NCBI GenBank assembly: GCA_965237955.1
Contig: OZ250169.1
Coordinates: forward strand, 1,984,001 to 2,048,000
Length of the DNA: 64,000 nt
Direction of reading: 5' to 3'
From: Candidatus Marinacidobacterales bacterium
GTDB lineage: Bacteria; Acidobacteriota; Vicinamibacteria; Marinacidobacterales; SMYC01
Shown here: positions 21,870 through 32,599 of the stretch, one piece after another
Position numbering within the stretch: the first letter of the stretch is position 1
Layout of the letters: each line of letters starts with the position of its first letter
Position numbers and translations under genes: made by a program
The notes under the pieces: generated by a model
The model's database searches: none
Seen by the model: only the letters and a program-made list of their open reading frames with translations
Told to the model about the DNA's origin: nothing

Positions 21870-22897
21870 CTCTCGAGCGCGATCGTTTCCTGAAGGCGTG
21901 CCGCCGCGAGCGCACCGACTGCACTCCGGTGTGGTTCATGCGCCAAGCGGGCCGCTACCTGGCGGAGTACCGCGAGCTTCGACGCCGCCACACGCTTCTC
22001 GAGATTTGTAGAACGCCCGAGCTAGCCGTCGAAGTCACTCTGCAGCCCATCGACCGCCTCGGTGTCGACGCCGCCATCTTGTTTTCCGACCTCCTCATCC
22101 CGCTTATGCCTCTGGGAATCGACTTCGACTTCGTTCAAGGGGAAGGACCCCAAATCTCGAACCCGATTCGATCGGAAAGCGACATCGATGCGCTCCGTCC
22201 CGTCGAGCCGCGCGAGTCGATGGCGTTCACGTTCGATGCGATCCGAGCTCTGCGTCGAGAGCTGACCGTGCCCCTCATTGGTTTCGCGGGCGCTCCGTTC
22301 ACGTTGGCGTCTTATGCCATCGAGGGCGGACCGTCCAAGAACTTCGAGAGAACGAAAGCGCTGATGTACGAAAACCCACGGGGCTGGCACCGACTTCTCG
22401 AAAAGCTCAGCGTTTGCATCAAAGACTATTTGACGGCGCAAATCGAAGCAGGTGCTCAAGCGATCCAGCTCTTCGATTCCTGGGTCGGTGCGCTCGCGCC
22501 GTCGGACTACCGTGAGCTCGTCGCACCGCACACGCGCGCGATCCTCGAATCTCTCGGCGGGCTCGACGTGCCCCGAATTCACTTCGGCACGGGCACGACG
22601 GGCATTCTGGAAGAATTGAAGCCTGGTAGTGACGTCGTGGGGCTCGACTGGCGTGTCGATCTAGATCGTGGTTGGGACATCTTGGGTTCCGACGTTGCCG
22701 TTCAGGGCAATCTGGATCCGTTGGCGCTTTTTGCCCCCCGCGACGTGTTGATGGCGAAAGCTGACGTGGTCCTTGAGCGGGCACGCGGGCGCCCGGGTCA
22801 CATCTTCAATCTTGGTCACGGGATTCTGCCGACAACGCCCGTCGAGAATGTGGCCGCACTCGTCGCGCACATCCATCAGGCGACGAGCTCGAGCTGA
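21866..22897 (+). CDS. hemE: Uroporphyrinogen decarboxylase
   Basis: PVWFMRQAGRYL, DAAILFSD, GFAGAPFTLASY, QLFDSW, NLGHGI; TTG start at 21866. Confidence 0.96.
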   Translation: MTLERDRFLKACRRERTDCTPVWFMRQAGRYLAEYRELRRRHTLLEICRTPELAVEVTLQPIDRLGVDAAILFSDLLIPLMPLGIDFDFVQGEGPQISNPIRSESDIDALRPVEPRESMAFTFDAIRALRRELTVPLIGFAGAPFTLASYAIEGGPSKNFERTKALMYENPRGWHRLLEKLSVCIKDYLTAQIEAGAQAIQLFDSWVGALAPSDYRELVAPHTRAILESLGGLDVPRIHFGTGTTGILEELKPGSDVVGLDWRVDLDRGWDILGSDVAVQGNLDPLALFAPRDVLMAKADVVLERARGRPGHIFNLGHGILPTTPVENVAALVAHIHQATSSS

Positions 22898-24270
22898 TGC
22901 GCTCGACGAGCGTTTTGATCGCAGGTGGAGGTGTGTCCGGGCTGACGGCAGCCTACGACCTCGGACGCCACGGCGTCGACGCCGTCGTTGTCGAACGCGC
23001 CCGACGTTTGGGAGGTCTCGTTTCGACCGACGCCCGGGATGGGTTCGTGATGGACGCCGGTCCCGATGCGTTCCTGACGCAAAAGCCGCAAGCGACCGAG
23101 CTGTGCCGAGAGCTCGGCCTCGGCGACGAAATGATCTCCACCAATCCGGATCAACAAAAAGTCTACATCCTTCACGGCGGGACATTGCACGCACTCCCTC
23201 GAGGAATGCGGTTGACGGTACCGACGCGGTGGCTTCCGCTCATCGCCTCGGGCCTGTTCACGTGGCGAGGCAAGCTTCGCATGCTGCGCGAGCGGTGGAT
23301 ACCGCCGCGTTCGGGAGAGAGTGAAGAATCGGTCGAGAGTTTCATGGTGCGACGTTTTGGAGGGGAGTCGTACGAGCGTGTCGGCGAGCCTTTGCTCGCG
23401 GGGATCCACTGCGGCGATGGGGAGCGGCTGTCGATGGATTTCCTGTTTCCGCGACTCGTCGCCATGGAAGAGCGTTTCGGAAGCGTGACCCGCGGGATGG
23501 CCGCGGCCGGTGCGGGCGGCACGGCGTTCGCGTCGCTGGCCGGTGGCATGGGCCGATTGATCGAAGCGCTCTCAGGCGAGCTCCCCGACGACAATGTCCT
23601 GCTCGAAGAAGCGGTCGAGGACGTGCGCCTCGAGGACGGGCGTTTCGTCGCGAACTTGACCTCGGGAGAAACGATCCACGCGAAGGTCGTGGTGCTGGCT
23701 CTCCCGATCTACGCGACGCGTGGGTTGGTGCGACGCCGGTTCCCGGCCGTGGCCGAAATCCTCGAGCGCATCCAGACGGTGTCTTCCGCCGTGGTCTTTC
23801 ACGCCTTTGCCAAAGACGACGTGCGGCATCCGCTCGACGGCTACGGCTTCGTCGTGCCGCAAGGGGAGCCGAACCGGTTGCTCGCTGCGACGTTCGTGAC
23901 CACGAAGTTTCCCGGACGTGCGCCCGATGACAGCGTTCTGATCCGAACGTTTCTCGGCGGGCTCCACGATCTGGATGCGGTGTCGCTTTCCGACGATGAG
24001 CTCGTCGCGCTGTCACGACGCGAGCTCGCGCGCGCGGTTGGGCTTTTGGGAGAGCCGAAGTTCTCGAAAGTTTTTCGCTGGCTAGACCGCACCCCGCAAG
24101 TCGAGCTCGGCCACAGCAAGATCCTGGAGGAGCTCGACGAGGAGCTCACGCGGATTCCTGGCCTCTACGTGCTGGGAAACGGCCTCAAAAGTGTAGGAAT
24201 CCCCGACTGCATCGGCCAAGCAAGAGAGACAGCAAAGCAAATCGCTGCGTTCATGGAAAGCGGCGGGTGA
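22897..24270 (+). CDS. hemG: Protoporphyrinogen/coproporphyrinogen oxidase (HemY type)
   Basis: GGGVSGL FAD motif, DAGPDAFL, PLDGYGFVVP, GIPDCI; follows hemE. Confidence 0.9.
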   Translation: MRSTSVLIAGGGVSGLTAAYDLGRHGVDAVVVERARRLGGLVSTDARDGFVMDAGPDAFLTQKPQATELCRELGLGDEMISTNPDQQKVYILHGGTLHALPRGMRLTVPTRWLPLIASGLFTWRGKLRMLRERWIPPRSGESEESVESFMVRRFGGESYERVGEPLLAGIHCGDGERLSMDFLFPRLVAMEERFGSVTRGMAAAGAGGTAFASLAGGMGRLIEALSGELPDDNVLLEEAVEDVRLEDGRFVANLTSGETIHAKVVVLALPIYATRGLVRRRFPAVAEILERIQTVSSAVVFHAFAKDDVRHPLDGYGFVVPQGEPNRLLAATFVTTKFPGRAPDDSVLIRTFLGGLHDLDAVSLSDDELVALSRRELARAVGLLGEPKFSKVFRWLDRTPQVELGHSKILEELDEELTRIPGLYVLGNGLKSVGIPDCIGQARETAKQIAAFMESGG

Positions 24271-24283
24271 CCGGCAAAAAAAA

Positions 24284-24357
24284 TGGCTGGGAAGCAGGGA
24301 TTCGAACCCCGATTCCACGGTCCAGAGCCGTGTGTCCTGCCGTTGGACGACTTCCCA
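24284..24357 (-). tRNA. tRNA-Gln(CTG)
   Basis: TGGGAAG..anticodon loop CTCTGGA..GGTTCGAATCC..CCCAGCCA. Confidence 0.95.
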
Positions 24358-24446
24358 GAAATCTCAAGCTTGGCTTCGGCTTGGCAGCCGAGTGATCGTC
24401 AGAGTACCGATCGCCCGGCGCTTTGTCAAAAAGTTGCGATGAAGTG

Positions 24447-24541
24447 TGGCGGAGAGGGAGGGATTCGAACCCTCGACACAGGCTCATCACCCGTGTAACT
24501 GCTTAGCAGGCAGCCCTGTTCAGCCACTCCAGCACCTCTCC
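24447..24541 (-). tRNA. tRNA-Ser(GCT)
   Basis: GGAGAGG..CTGCTAA loop, long variable arm, GGTTCGAATCC..TCCGCCA. Confidence 0.95.
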
Positions 24542-24642
24542 GCTTGATGGACGCCCGGGCCTCGGCAGGCAGTTCATACTACAATGCCCAAACGAAAAAA
24601 CAAACCACGGAGAAACAGAGAAAAACGCGGCGGTGAAAAAGG

Positions 24643-25866
24643 GTGACTGATTCGCTGCCGAGGTTGCGGGGTGACATCGATGTCATGCCGTCCCCGCTTC
24701 CCGAGCAGCCGGGGCTCTTGTTGCGAGACCCGTTCCTTTACACCGAACACATCCTTGTGATCCCTCCGACGTGGGTTGTCGTCCTTCAATGCCTCGACGG
24801 AGCCCACTCCGCCCTCGACGCCCAAGCGATCCTCACCCGTCTTGCCGGGGGCCAAATCGTCGCCCGGGAGGAAGTGGAGCAATTCGTCTCGGTTTTGAAC
24901 GAGGCCGGCTACATCGAGGGCGACGAGCTGGACGAGCTGAAAGAGCGCCGCCACGAAGAGTTCCGGCTCGCTCCGATCCGAGAAGCGACCCACGCCGGCT
25001 CGGCCTATCCCGCGGAGCGCGACGACATCGATACGCTGTTCTCGAAACGAATTTCGAAGGCCGAGGATTCGGATACGCCATGGCCGCTCGCGCTCGCGGC
25101 GCCCCACGTTTCGCCTGAAGGCGGGTTCGCGTCCTACCAGGCAGCGTACCAGCTCCCGCCGGTCGCGGAGGAAACCACGTTCGTCGTCTTGGGGACGTCA
25201 CACTACGGAGCGCCCGAGCGCTTCGGCACGAGCACGAAACCGTTTCGCACTCCTCTCGGGACCGCGGAGGTCGACCGGAAGGCGCTTCGCGACTTCGTGT
25301 CGCTCGCGGGAGACGCGGTTGTCGAAGAAGACTATTGCCATCGCGCCGAGCATTCGATCGAGATGCAAGTTCTCTTTCTTCAACACCAGCTCGCGCACCC
25401 GTTCAAGATTGTCCCGATTCTCTGTGGCCCTTTTGTCGAAAGCTTGAAGACCGGGAAGCCTCCAGAGAGCATCGATGGAAACCGGCGCGTGTTCGACGCG
25501 CTGGCCGAGCTCCACGCGAAGCGCAACAACCTCGTTTGGGTACTCGGTGTGGACATGGCTCACATCGGAACGCGCTACGGCGACCGCGAGACCGCACGCG
25601 CGGGAGAGGGCGTGATGGAGGAAGTTGCCGAAAAAGACCAACGCCGACTCGAGCGCATCTGTAAGGGCGACGCGGAGGGATTCTTCGACCTCGTCCATCC
25701 CGGCGGCGACGAGCTCAACTGGTGCGGCTACGCACCGATCTATACGTTTCTAAGATCGGTCGGCGCGGCCGTGAAGCTGAAGGGCGACGTCCGCGCGTAC
25801 GAGCAGTGGAACATCGACGATAGCTCCGTGGTCACGTTTGGGGCGGTGCATTTTTTCGCCCGCTGA
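24643..25866 (+). CDS. amrB: AmmeMemoRadiSam system protein B (MEMO1 family)
   Basis: REATHAGSAYP, APH, LGTSH, EHSIEMQ, DMAHIG.RYGD, WCG..P. Confidence 0.88.
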   Translation: MTDSLPRLRGDIDVMPSPLPEQPGLLLRDPFLYTEHILVIPPTWVVVLQCLDGAHSALDAQAILTRLAGGQIVAREEVEQFVSVLNEAGYIEGDELDELKERRHEEFRLAPIREATHAGSAYPAERDDIDTLFSKRISKAEDSDTPWPLALAAPHVSPEGGFASYQAAYQLPPVAEETTFVVLGTSHYGAPERFGTSTKPFRTPLGTAEVDRKALRDFVSLAGDAVVEEDYCHRAEHSIEMQVLFLQHQLAHPFKIVPILCGPFVESLKTGKPPESIDGNRRVFDALAELHAKRNNLVWVLGVDMAHIGTRYGDRETARAGEGVMEEVAEKDQRRLERICKGDAEGFFDLVHPGGDELNWCGYAPIYTFLRSVGAAVKLKGDVRAYEQWNIDDSSVVTFGAVHFFAR

Positions 25867-25889
25867 ACAGTTCGGCTATCAGCCGTCCG

Positions 25890-26130
25890 CTATCCGCTTT
25901 CCGCCACAGGACGCAGCAACTCCTCGGCGCGATCGGATACCTCGGTCCTGCCGCATCGGTGGCCCCCAATTCCATGGATCGGCGGGCGCTCCGCGCGCTC
26001 GACCTCCTCGATGTATCTGCGTAGAGCCTCCCGGATCAGCGCGGCTTGACTCCTTCCCTCGACAGCAGCTCGGTGACGGAGCGCGACGGCGACTTCCTTG
26101 TCGACGTAAAGCGATTGTTTCTCCTGCTCG
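25890..26130 (-). pseudogene. Ribbon-helix-helix (CopG-like) antitoxin remnant without start codon
   Basis: Hand translation EKQSLYVDKEVAVALRHRAAVEGRSQAALIREALRRY..GIG..GRTEVSDRAEELL. Confidence 0.6.
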
Positions 26131-26176
26131 AGCTCCTCGTTCTCTCGCTGCAGGAATCCGTTGGATGGCGGCCGCG

Positions 26177-26350
26177 CTACTTGCCAGGCGGAACAGAGCC
26201 GAGCGCGAGGAACATCGGCGTCGGCTGGGGTCTTTGCGCGGCGGCTCCCTCGACAACTTCCAACGTCATGAAACCGTAGCGCTGGTAGAACGCCACTGCG
26301 TCGCGCTTTGCGTCCACGAGAAGGCCGACACAGCCGAGCTCCTCCATCAT
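26177..26350 (-). pseudogene. C-terminal half of a GNAT acetyltransferase (TacT/AtaT-like)
   Basis: Hand translation GCVGLLVDAKRDAVAFYQRYGF..PMFL. Confidence 0.65.
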
Positions 26351-26548
26351 TTAGGTTCTATGTAAATCTAACCCCGATTCAGTTCAGGAGCGCCTCGTCC
26401 CGCCCTCAAATTTAGTGGACCGCGGGCCCAGAACTGACCGATCGGCGGGACGATTTTGGGTCCGCGAACGGCTCCGTGAGTGTGTAGAAAGGAAACAGAT
26501 AAATCTCTTTAAGTATCTGTATCTATTGATTTTGTGGATGTGCCTAAT

Positions 26549-26577
26549 TTGACATTCACTTGTTATTCACCTACAAT
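26549..26577 (+). promoter_or_regulatory. Near-consensus sigma70 promoter
   Basis: TTGACA-17 bp-TACAAT, then AGGAGG RBS and ATG at 26616. Confidence 0.7.
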
Positions 26578-26615
26578 TGAATCTTCTTGGGAACAGTGAT
26601 TTTAGGAGGACGGTG

Positions 26616-27833
26616 ATGGCGAGCCCGGCTACTGCTGCTGCGAAGTGTCTGCTCACGGAAAAAGACCTCGAGATGGAGCGAGGGTTGAAAGCGATGGACG
26701 TCCACGGTCGGCTCGTCCTCCTGGCACGCGTGGAGCTGAGGGTCGAATCCGCGCTGTGCTTCTACCTTCAGGAAGTCGAAGAGCGAGGGCTCTACATCGA
26801 CTACGGCCACGCCTGCACGGTCGACTACGCACGCGAGTGTCTCGGCTTCGAGGACCGGAAGACCCGAACGCTTCTGCATCTAGCCCGTCGCTTCAAAGAA
26901 CTGCCGAAGATGAAAGAGTCCTTCAGCCGTGGCGAGATCCCGTATACGAAAGCGAGGGAGGTGGTGAAAGTCGCCACCGCGAAGAACGAAGATGAATGGA
27001 TCGACAAGTGCAAGACGCTGAGCAACCGCCAGCTCGAACAAGCGGTCAAGAAAGTGCTGCCACCGCAAAAGACGAGAAAGCTCGTGCTCGTCCTCGACGA
27101 AGAGCGCATCGAGACGTGGGAGCGGACGCGCGAAGCGATGGAGAAACCCGCGGGCAAAACGCTCACCGAGATCGAAGTCTTCGATCTCACGTGTGCCGAG
27201 TCGCTGTGCACGCACGATCTCACCCCGCCCTTGGGCGACCCCGAGGCGCCGATGGGCGGCTACGTCGCCAAAGTCATCGAGCGGGATGGATTCCGCTGTC
27301 AGCGGCCCGGTTGCAGCAATCGAACCGCGCTGACTGGTAGCCATATCGAATCGCGCGCGCGGTGCGGCTCGGAAGAACCGGTGAACATTCTCACGCTCTG
27401 CATGGTGTGTCATAGCGCGATCGAACGAGGGTCGCTGAAGGCGACCGGCCGCGCGCCGGACCAGATCAGGTGGGAAGGGCCGTTTGGTGTGATCGAAGAG
27501 CCGCTCGAAACCGCGAGTGAGGAAGTCAGCTCCGGCGGCGCTCGTTACGAAGACATAGGCGACGCGAGTGACGAGAGTATTGTTGCGCCAATGGTAAGAG
27601 AAACGCCGCCGGGCTATGGGAACCCAATCCGTGACTCACGTGAGTCATCGCTACCGAAGCTGAGCGGCGAGCTTGAAGAGGGTACGCTCGAGCCGATCTC
27701 GTGCGGGAAGCGTGTGAGGACGACCGAGAAAACATGCCGAGAACGGGTGAAACGTCGATACGACGCGGCGGGGGACGGCGTGACTCACGTGAGTCATGGA
27801 TCGAGTCCAGGGATGGTTGGACGTGCTTGGTAA
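26616..27833 (+). CDS. DUF222-like protein with degenerate HNH domain
   Basis: YARECLG..RKTRTL..LPKMKESFSRGEIPYTKAREV; ERDGFRCQRPGC..SHI..NILTLCMVCH. Confidence 0.75.
   Translation: MASPATAAAKCLLTEKDLEMERGLKAMDVHGRLVLLARVELRVESALCFYLQEVEERGLYIDYGHACTVDYARECLGFEDRKTRTLLHLARRFKELPKMKESFSRGEIPYTKAREVVKVATAKNEDEWIDKCKTLSNRQLEQAVKKVLPPQKTRKLVLVLDEERIETWERTREAMEKPAGKTLTEIEVFDLTCAESLCTHDLTPPLGDPEAPMGGYVAKVIERDGFRCQRPGCSNRTALTGSHIESRARCGSEEPVNILTLCMVCHSAIERGSLKATGRAPDQIRWEGPFGVIEEPLETASEEVSSGGARYEDIGDASDESIVAPMVRETPPGYGNPIRDSRESSLPKLSGELEEGTLEPISCGKRVRTTEKTCRERVKRRYDAAGDGVTHVSHGSSPGMVGRAW
27630..27797. repeat. Two direct copies of CGTGACTCACGTGAGTCAT, each with a perfect 16-bp palindrome
   Basis: TGACTCACGTGAGTCA at 27632-27647 and 27781-27796. 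Confidence 0.9.
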
Positions 27834-28044
27834 GTGAAGCCGAACGCGCAACCCCCTTGGGGCGGGTCCGTGAAGCGGCCGGGTCAGGATGGGTCAGGGG
27901 TGGGAAGCAGCTCGCTGACCTCGATATCACCACGTCTGGCCACTCCTCGGGAGCGACACGGTCCCCGGAGCGGTAGGTGGCACGTTCTCGATAGACGCCT
28001 TCGTGGGGAGAGCGAAAGACCACGAGCTCCCGATCGACGAGGTT

Positions 28045-30131
28045 GGGGGACGGCGGCGTACATGTCGCCGCAGCAAGCGCGTGGCAAGACCGTCGACAAG
28101 CGCTGCGACGTCCGGGCCTTCGGCGTCGCGCTCTACGAAATGTTGACGGGGCGGCGGGCGTTCGACGGCAATGATGCTTCGGAGATTCTCGCCGGTGTCA
28201 ACAAGTCCGAGCCGTCGTGGGAGCGATTGCCCGAGGACGCGCCGCCGACGCTGAAGCCGCTCCTGCAATGCTGCCTCGCGAAAGATCCGAAAGAGCGGGT
28301 ACGCGACATCGGCGATGTAAGGCTTGCGCTAGACGGCGCCTTCGAGGCTGAGACGAGGCACCCAATCCTTTCGCGAACGCGAACCTTGGTGCCGTGGGCC
28401 ATCGCCGGGATCGCGTTCTTGATGGCGATCGTTTCCATCGGCACCCGAGACCCCGTGTCCCCGAACTACGAGCCTACCCGATTTGCGGTTTCCATCGACG
28501 GCGAACTGCCTCCGCGGAATGGAACGCTCGTCGCGATCTCTCCCGACGGGCGCGACCTGGTCTACGTGGCCGTTACCGAAGAGGGAGACCAGCTCTACCA
28601 TCGCTCCATGAACCGTCTCGAAGCCGTCGCGCTTCCCGGTACCGAGGAAGCGCGTGCTCCGTTTTTCTCTCCGGATGGTCAGTGGGTCGCCTTCAGCTCC
28701 GGCGACCAGCGCATGAAAAAGGTTTCGCTTTCCGGAGGGCCGCCGCCGACGATCTGCGACTGCGATCCATCCGTCGACGGTGCCTGGGGCCCGGACGGGA
28801 CGATCGTGTTCGCGGACAACGCCAGTAGAGTGTTGGTGCGGGTCTCGTCGCACGGTGGTATTCTCGAGCCCATCACGACGCTCGCGGAAGGGGAGGTGGT
28901 CGACGAGCCTGCGTTCGTTCCAAACGGCGAAGCGGTGCTCTTCACGTTGTGGTCGAGATCACTGGACGACGCTCGACTCGCTGTGGTGTCGCTCTCCACG
29001 GGAGAACGGCGGCTTTTGGGGGACGGTTTTTTCCCCCGCTTCGCCCCGACGGGTCACTTGATCTATGGACAGGCAGGCGCCGTCTGGGCGGTTGCTTTCG
29101 ATGCCGATCGGCTCGAGATGACGGGGGACCCTGTCCAGGTGCTGGAGGGCGTCCGCATCGAGGCCGGGGGCTCCGTGCAGTTCGCCCTTGCTGAGAACGG
29201 CGCCGCTGTTTATATCGCCGGTGGGCTGATTCGTGCCGAGCGCACGCTGGTGTGGGTCGATCGCAAGGGCCGCGAAGAGCCCTTGCAAGTTCCTCGACGC
29301 GCTTACCATTCGGTCTCGATCTCACCGGACGGAACAAGGATCGCACTCGAGGTGCTGGGCTCGGGCCTCGAGGACTTGTGGCTGTATGACGTGCGCGGGC
29401 AGAGGGCGACCCAGTTGACATTCGACCCGGCTAACGACGTCTCGCCGGTTTGGACGCCGGACGGGCAGCACGTGCTTTTCGGGTCCAAGCGGGGAGGCCC
29501 CTATGCGCTGTACTCGAAACGCGCCGACGGAACGGGTCAGCCAGAGCAGCTCGTTTCGTTCGAAGGCAAGCCCCGACTCTGGTCAATCGCGCCCGACGGA
29601 CGGACGTTGGCGTACGTCGAGTCGACCCCGGAGACCGGTTGGGACCTTCACAGTGTGGCGTTAGAAGGCGAGCCTGTGCTGCAGCCGCTTCTTGCCGGCG
29701 ATTTCCAGGAGACCAACCCTCAAATCTCCCCCGACGGTCGTTGGTTGGCTTATGCCTCAGATGAGTCGGGCCAAAGAGAGATCTACGTCAGCCCGTTTCC
29801 CAACGCGGCCGAAGGAAAATGGCGCGTCTCGCGAGATGGTGGAACGGAGCCCTTGTGGGCCGAGGATGGCCGCGAGCTCTTCTATCGGAATGGATCGGCC
29901 GTGTTTGCGGTCTCGGTCGACACCAGCTCCGCTTTTGCCTCGGGAGAACCGCAGCTGCTGTTCACCGGCCCGTACTATCGAACCGCACTTAATCGCGGCC
30001 ACACGTATGATGCTATGCCGGACGGTCAGAAGTTCGTCATGATCCGCGAGAGCGAGACGGACGCCGCCCGAAGCGAGATCATCGTGATCCAGAACTGGCT
30101 CGAAGAGCTCGAACGCCTCGTCCCCAACTGA
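28045..30131 (+). pseudogene. 5'-truncated Ser/Thr kinase with TM and PD40/TolB-like beta-propellers
   Basis: Starts at GTAAYMSPQQ..D..AFG..LYEMLTG with no N-lobe, HRD or DFG; SPDG repeats. Confidence 0.85.
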
Positions 30132-30189
30132 CGCCGCCATGCAGGCCGGATAGCGGGAAGCGGATAGCTGACAACAGCCGAATACCGAT

Positions 30190-30450
30190 CTGGCGGATGG
30201 CGCAGTCTGGTGCTATCCGGTCTCGGCTGGAAACCCTGAATAACAGGGAATTAACAGGGAATAAGTGCCATTTTTGTGCTGATTGGGCCGTTTTCCCACG
30301 TGATAACCCTCCAGATTTCATATGGTTAGCAGGCAATTCCCTGTTCCGGAAGAACAGGAAATTTGAATGTGATTGAACAGGGAATTTGGAGATGGCGATC
30401 AGGGAATCACTCCTGGAAGAACAGGGAATTGAGATGATCGAACAGGGAAG
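30190..30450 (+). repeat. TGGCGGA..CTATCCGGTCTCGGC motif followed by phased AACAGGGAA repeats
   Basis: Copies at 30242, 30253, 30353, 30376, 30398, 30420, 30441; inverted copy at 30337. Confidence 0.8.
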
Positions 30451-30566
30451 TGTCACGAGCAGCACGTGACAGGTTCCATTCGAGCACACGAGCGGCGCCT
30501 CATACTCTAGCGCGAGCAGCCGGAAGTAGTTTCTCATCCAGGGTGATGTTCCGGAAGGCGTCGTCG

Positions 30567-30620
30567 CTAAGCTGCTGATTTATGGTCTATTTCAAAAGGG
30601 CCGAGTTTTGGCACAGGACG
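30567..30620 (+). repeat. Type-A transposon terminus with IHF-like site
   Basis: CTAAGCTGCTGATTTATGGTCTATTTCAAAAGGGCCGAGTTTTGGCACAGGACG; six copies in the window. Confidence 0.85.
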
Positions 30621-30758
30621 CGATGACGCTGCCAGCTTGTCGACCTCACGAATGAACTCCACGTAGAGCGTTGACAAGTAGCTCCCACGCAGAGGTCTTT
30701 TCACCATTTAGTTTCATGTTGTTTGGTGTGAGAACAACGTTCTGTGGGGAGGAGAGAG

Positions 30759-32073
30759 TGAACCGCCCCGGGTTTTCCGGAGACTGTTTTAGTTGAGTCT
30801 CGCCATCTCTAGCGAGCCTTCCTGCGACCGATAGTAGTTCATCTCGTACTCGACGGGGGAGACATTTCCGATCGGCTCCAAGAGTCGTTGCGTGTTGTAC
30901 CAATGGACCTACTCGAGGGTGGCGAACTCAACGTCTTCGAGACCACGCCAGGGCCCACGTCGACGGATCACCTCGGTCTTGTAGAGGCCGATGATGGATT
31001 CAGCCAAAGCGTTATCGTAAGAGTCGCCTCGGCTGCCGACGGACGGCTCAATGCCCGCCTCGGCGAGCCGCTCGGTGTAACGGATCGAGACGTACTGCAC
31101 GCCGCGATCGCTGTGATGCACCAATTGATCTTCTGGGTTTAGTCGGCGCTCGTGCAGCGCCTGCTCCAACGCATCGAGAGCGATGCCGGCAGTCAACGAT
31201 GTCGTCGCTCGCCAACCGACGCTGAGTCGAGCGAAGACGTCGATGACGAAGGCGACATACACGAAGCCGCGCCACGTGGCGATGTAGGTCAGGTCCGAAA
31301 CCCAGAGCTCGTTCGGGCGTGTGGCGTTGAAGTCGCCCTCCACGAGGTCCATCGGGCGAGCGCCGCTCGAATCCGGCTTCGTCGTCTTGAATCGACGTCC
31401 ACGGACCGCGCCCTGGAGACCCATTTCACGCATCAGACGGGCCACCGTGCATCGAGCCACGTCGCGGCCCTCACGGCACAGCTGACGCCAGACCTTGCGC
31501 ACGCCATACACGTCAAAGTTCTCTTGCCGTACACGACGAATCTCGCCGCGGAGTTGGACGTCGCGCTTCGCTCTCGCTGGCAGGCGGCTTGGGTCCTTCT
31601 CTCGCGCTTTCTGCTCGTAATAGGTCGACGGGGCGATCGGAAGCATCCGGCAGATCGGCGCGTCCCCGTAATTTTCACGGTTCGCGTCCACGAACAACAC
31701 ATTCACCTCGGTCGGCGGTCGAGCTCCGCCTGGGCGAAAAACGCCGACGCCTTGCGAAGGATCTCGTTCGCCCGCTTTAGCTCACGGTTCTCTCGCTCAA
31801 GCTCCTTCAGCCGCTGACGCTCGTCCGTCGTCAGTCCCGCTCGTTTCCCAGCATCACGCTCTGCTCGCCGCACCCACGTGCGTAGCGTTTCCCGCGTACA
31901 GTCAATCTTCGACGCAATCGATGAGATCGCTGACCACTGAGATTCGTGCTGAGCCTGCTGGTCGAAAACCATCCGCACTGCGCGCTCTTTTACCTCCGGT
32001 GAATACCTGCTTCGTCTTGTCATGACTCCATCCTCTCAAGAGTTGGAGTCTCCGGAAAACCCGGGGCGGTTCA
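30759..32073 (-). mobile_element. IS3-family element (orfA 32023..31703; orfB with premature TAG at 30909)
   Basis: IRs TGAACCGCCCCGGG..; [23 protein letters not shown]; no TSD. Confidence 0.93.
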
Positions 32074-32599
32074 CCCTGCTCTTTGGTGCTCTGCGCAGCT
32101 GGCCGGCGTGGACAGCGAGACCGCTGCTGTCGATCAAGATGTGCAACGGCGTCTTCTGCTTGTCTTGGTAGAAGGGGACCTTACCCAGCTTCGCCTTGCG
32201 CCTCGAGATCGTGGTGTGATCGGGCACATCATTGTCTAGCTTCATCAGAGCGAACAACGATCGCAGCAATCCCTCGCTCTGCCTAGATGACAGATGAAAC
32301 ACCATGCCCAGGGTGACAGCCGTCTCGATGGCGTGGTTCGAGTACTTGCGTTGACGGCCCGGTTTCCTCCTCCTCGGCCGGGGCGCGTCCCAGTTCACAA
32401 GCTTGCCGGCGGTGAGCGAGACCCAGACGGTCAGGCTCCCGCGGTTGCGTAGACCCGCCTCATATTCACGCCAATTCCTCACGCGATAGGCCTTCTTCAC
32501 ATACTTCCGCTGAGTGCGTTTGAAAATGCTCATGGGGAACCTCGAATCCGCGAGTACAGGACAATTGTGGACCGAGATCGCGAGTTGTGCACCAAGGCA
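32074..32599 (-). mobile_element. 5' half of a second IS5 copy, truncated by IS3
   Basis: Near-identical to ~11091-11616 including the IR GAGTTGTGCACCAAGGCA. Confidence 0.9.

Noticed and set aside
27834-28044. Novel N-terminus on the kinase-propeller ORF
   Set aside because: Low-complexity junction DNA fused to a truncated kinase
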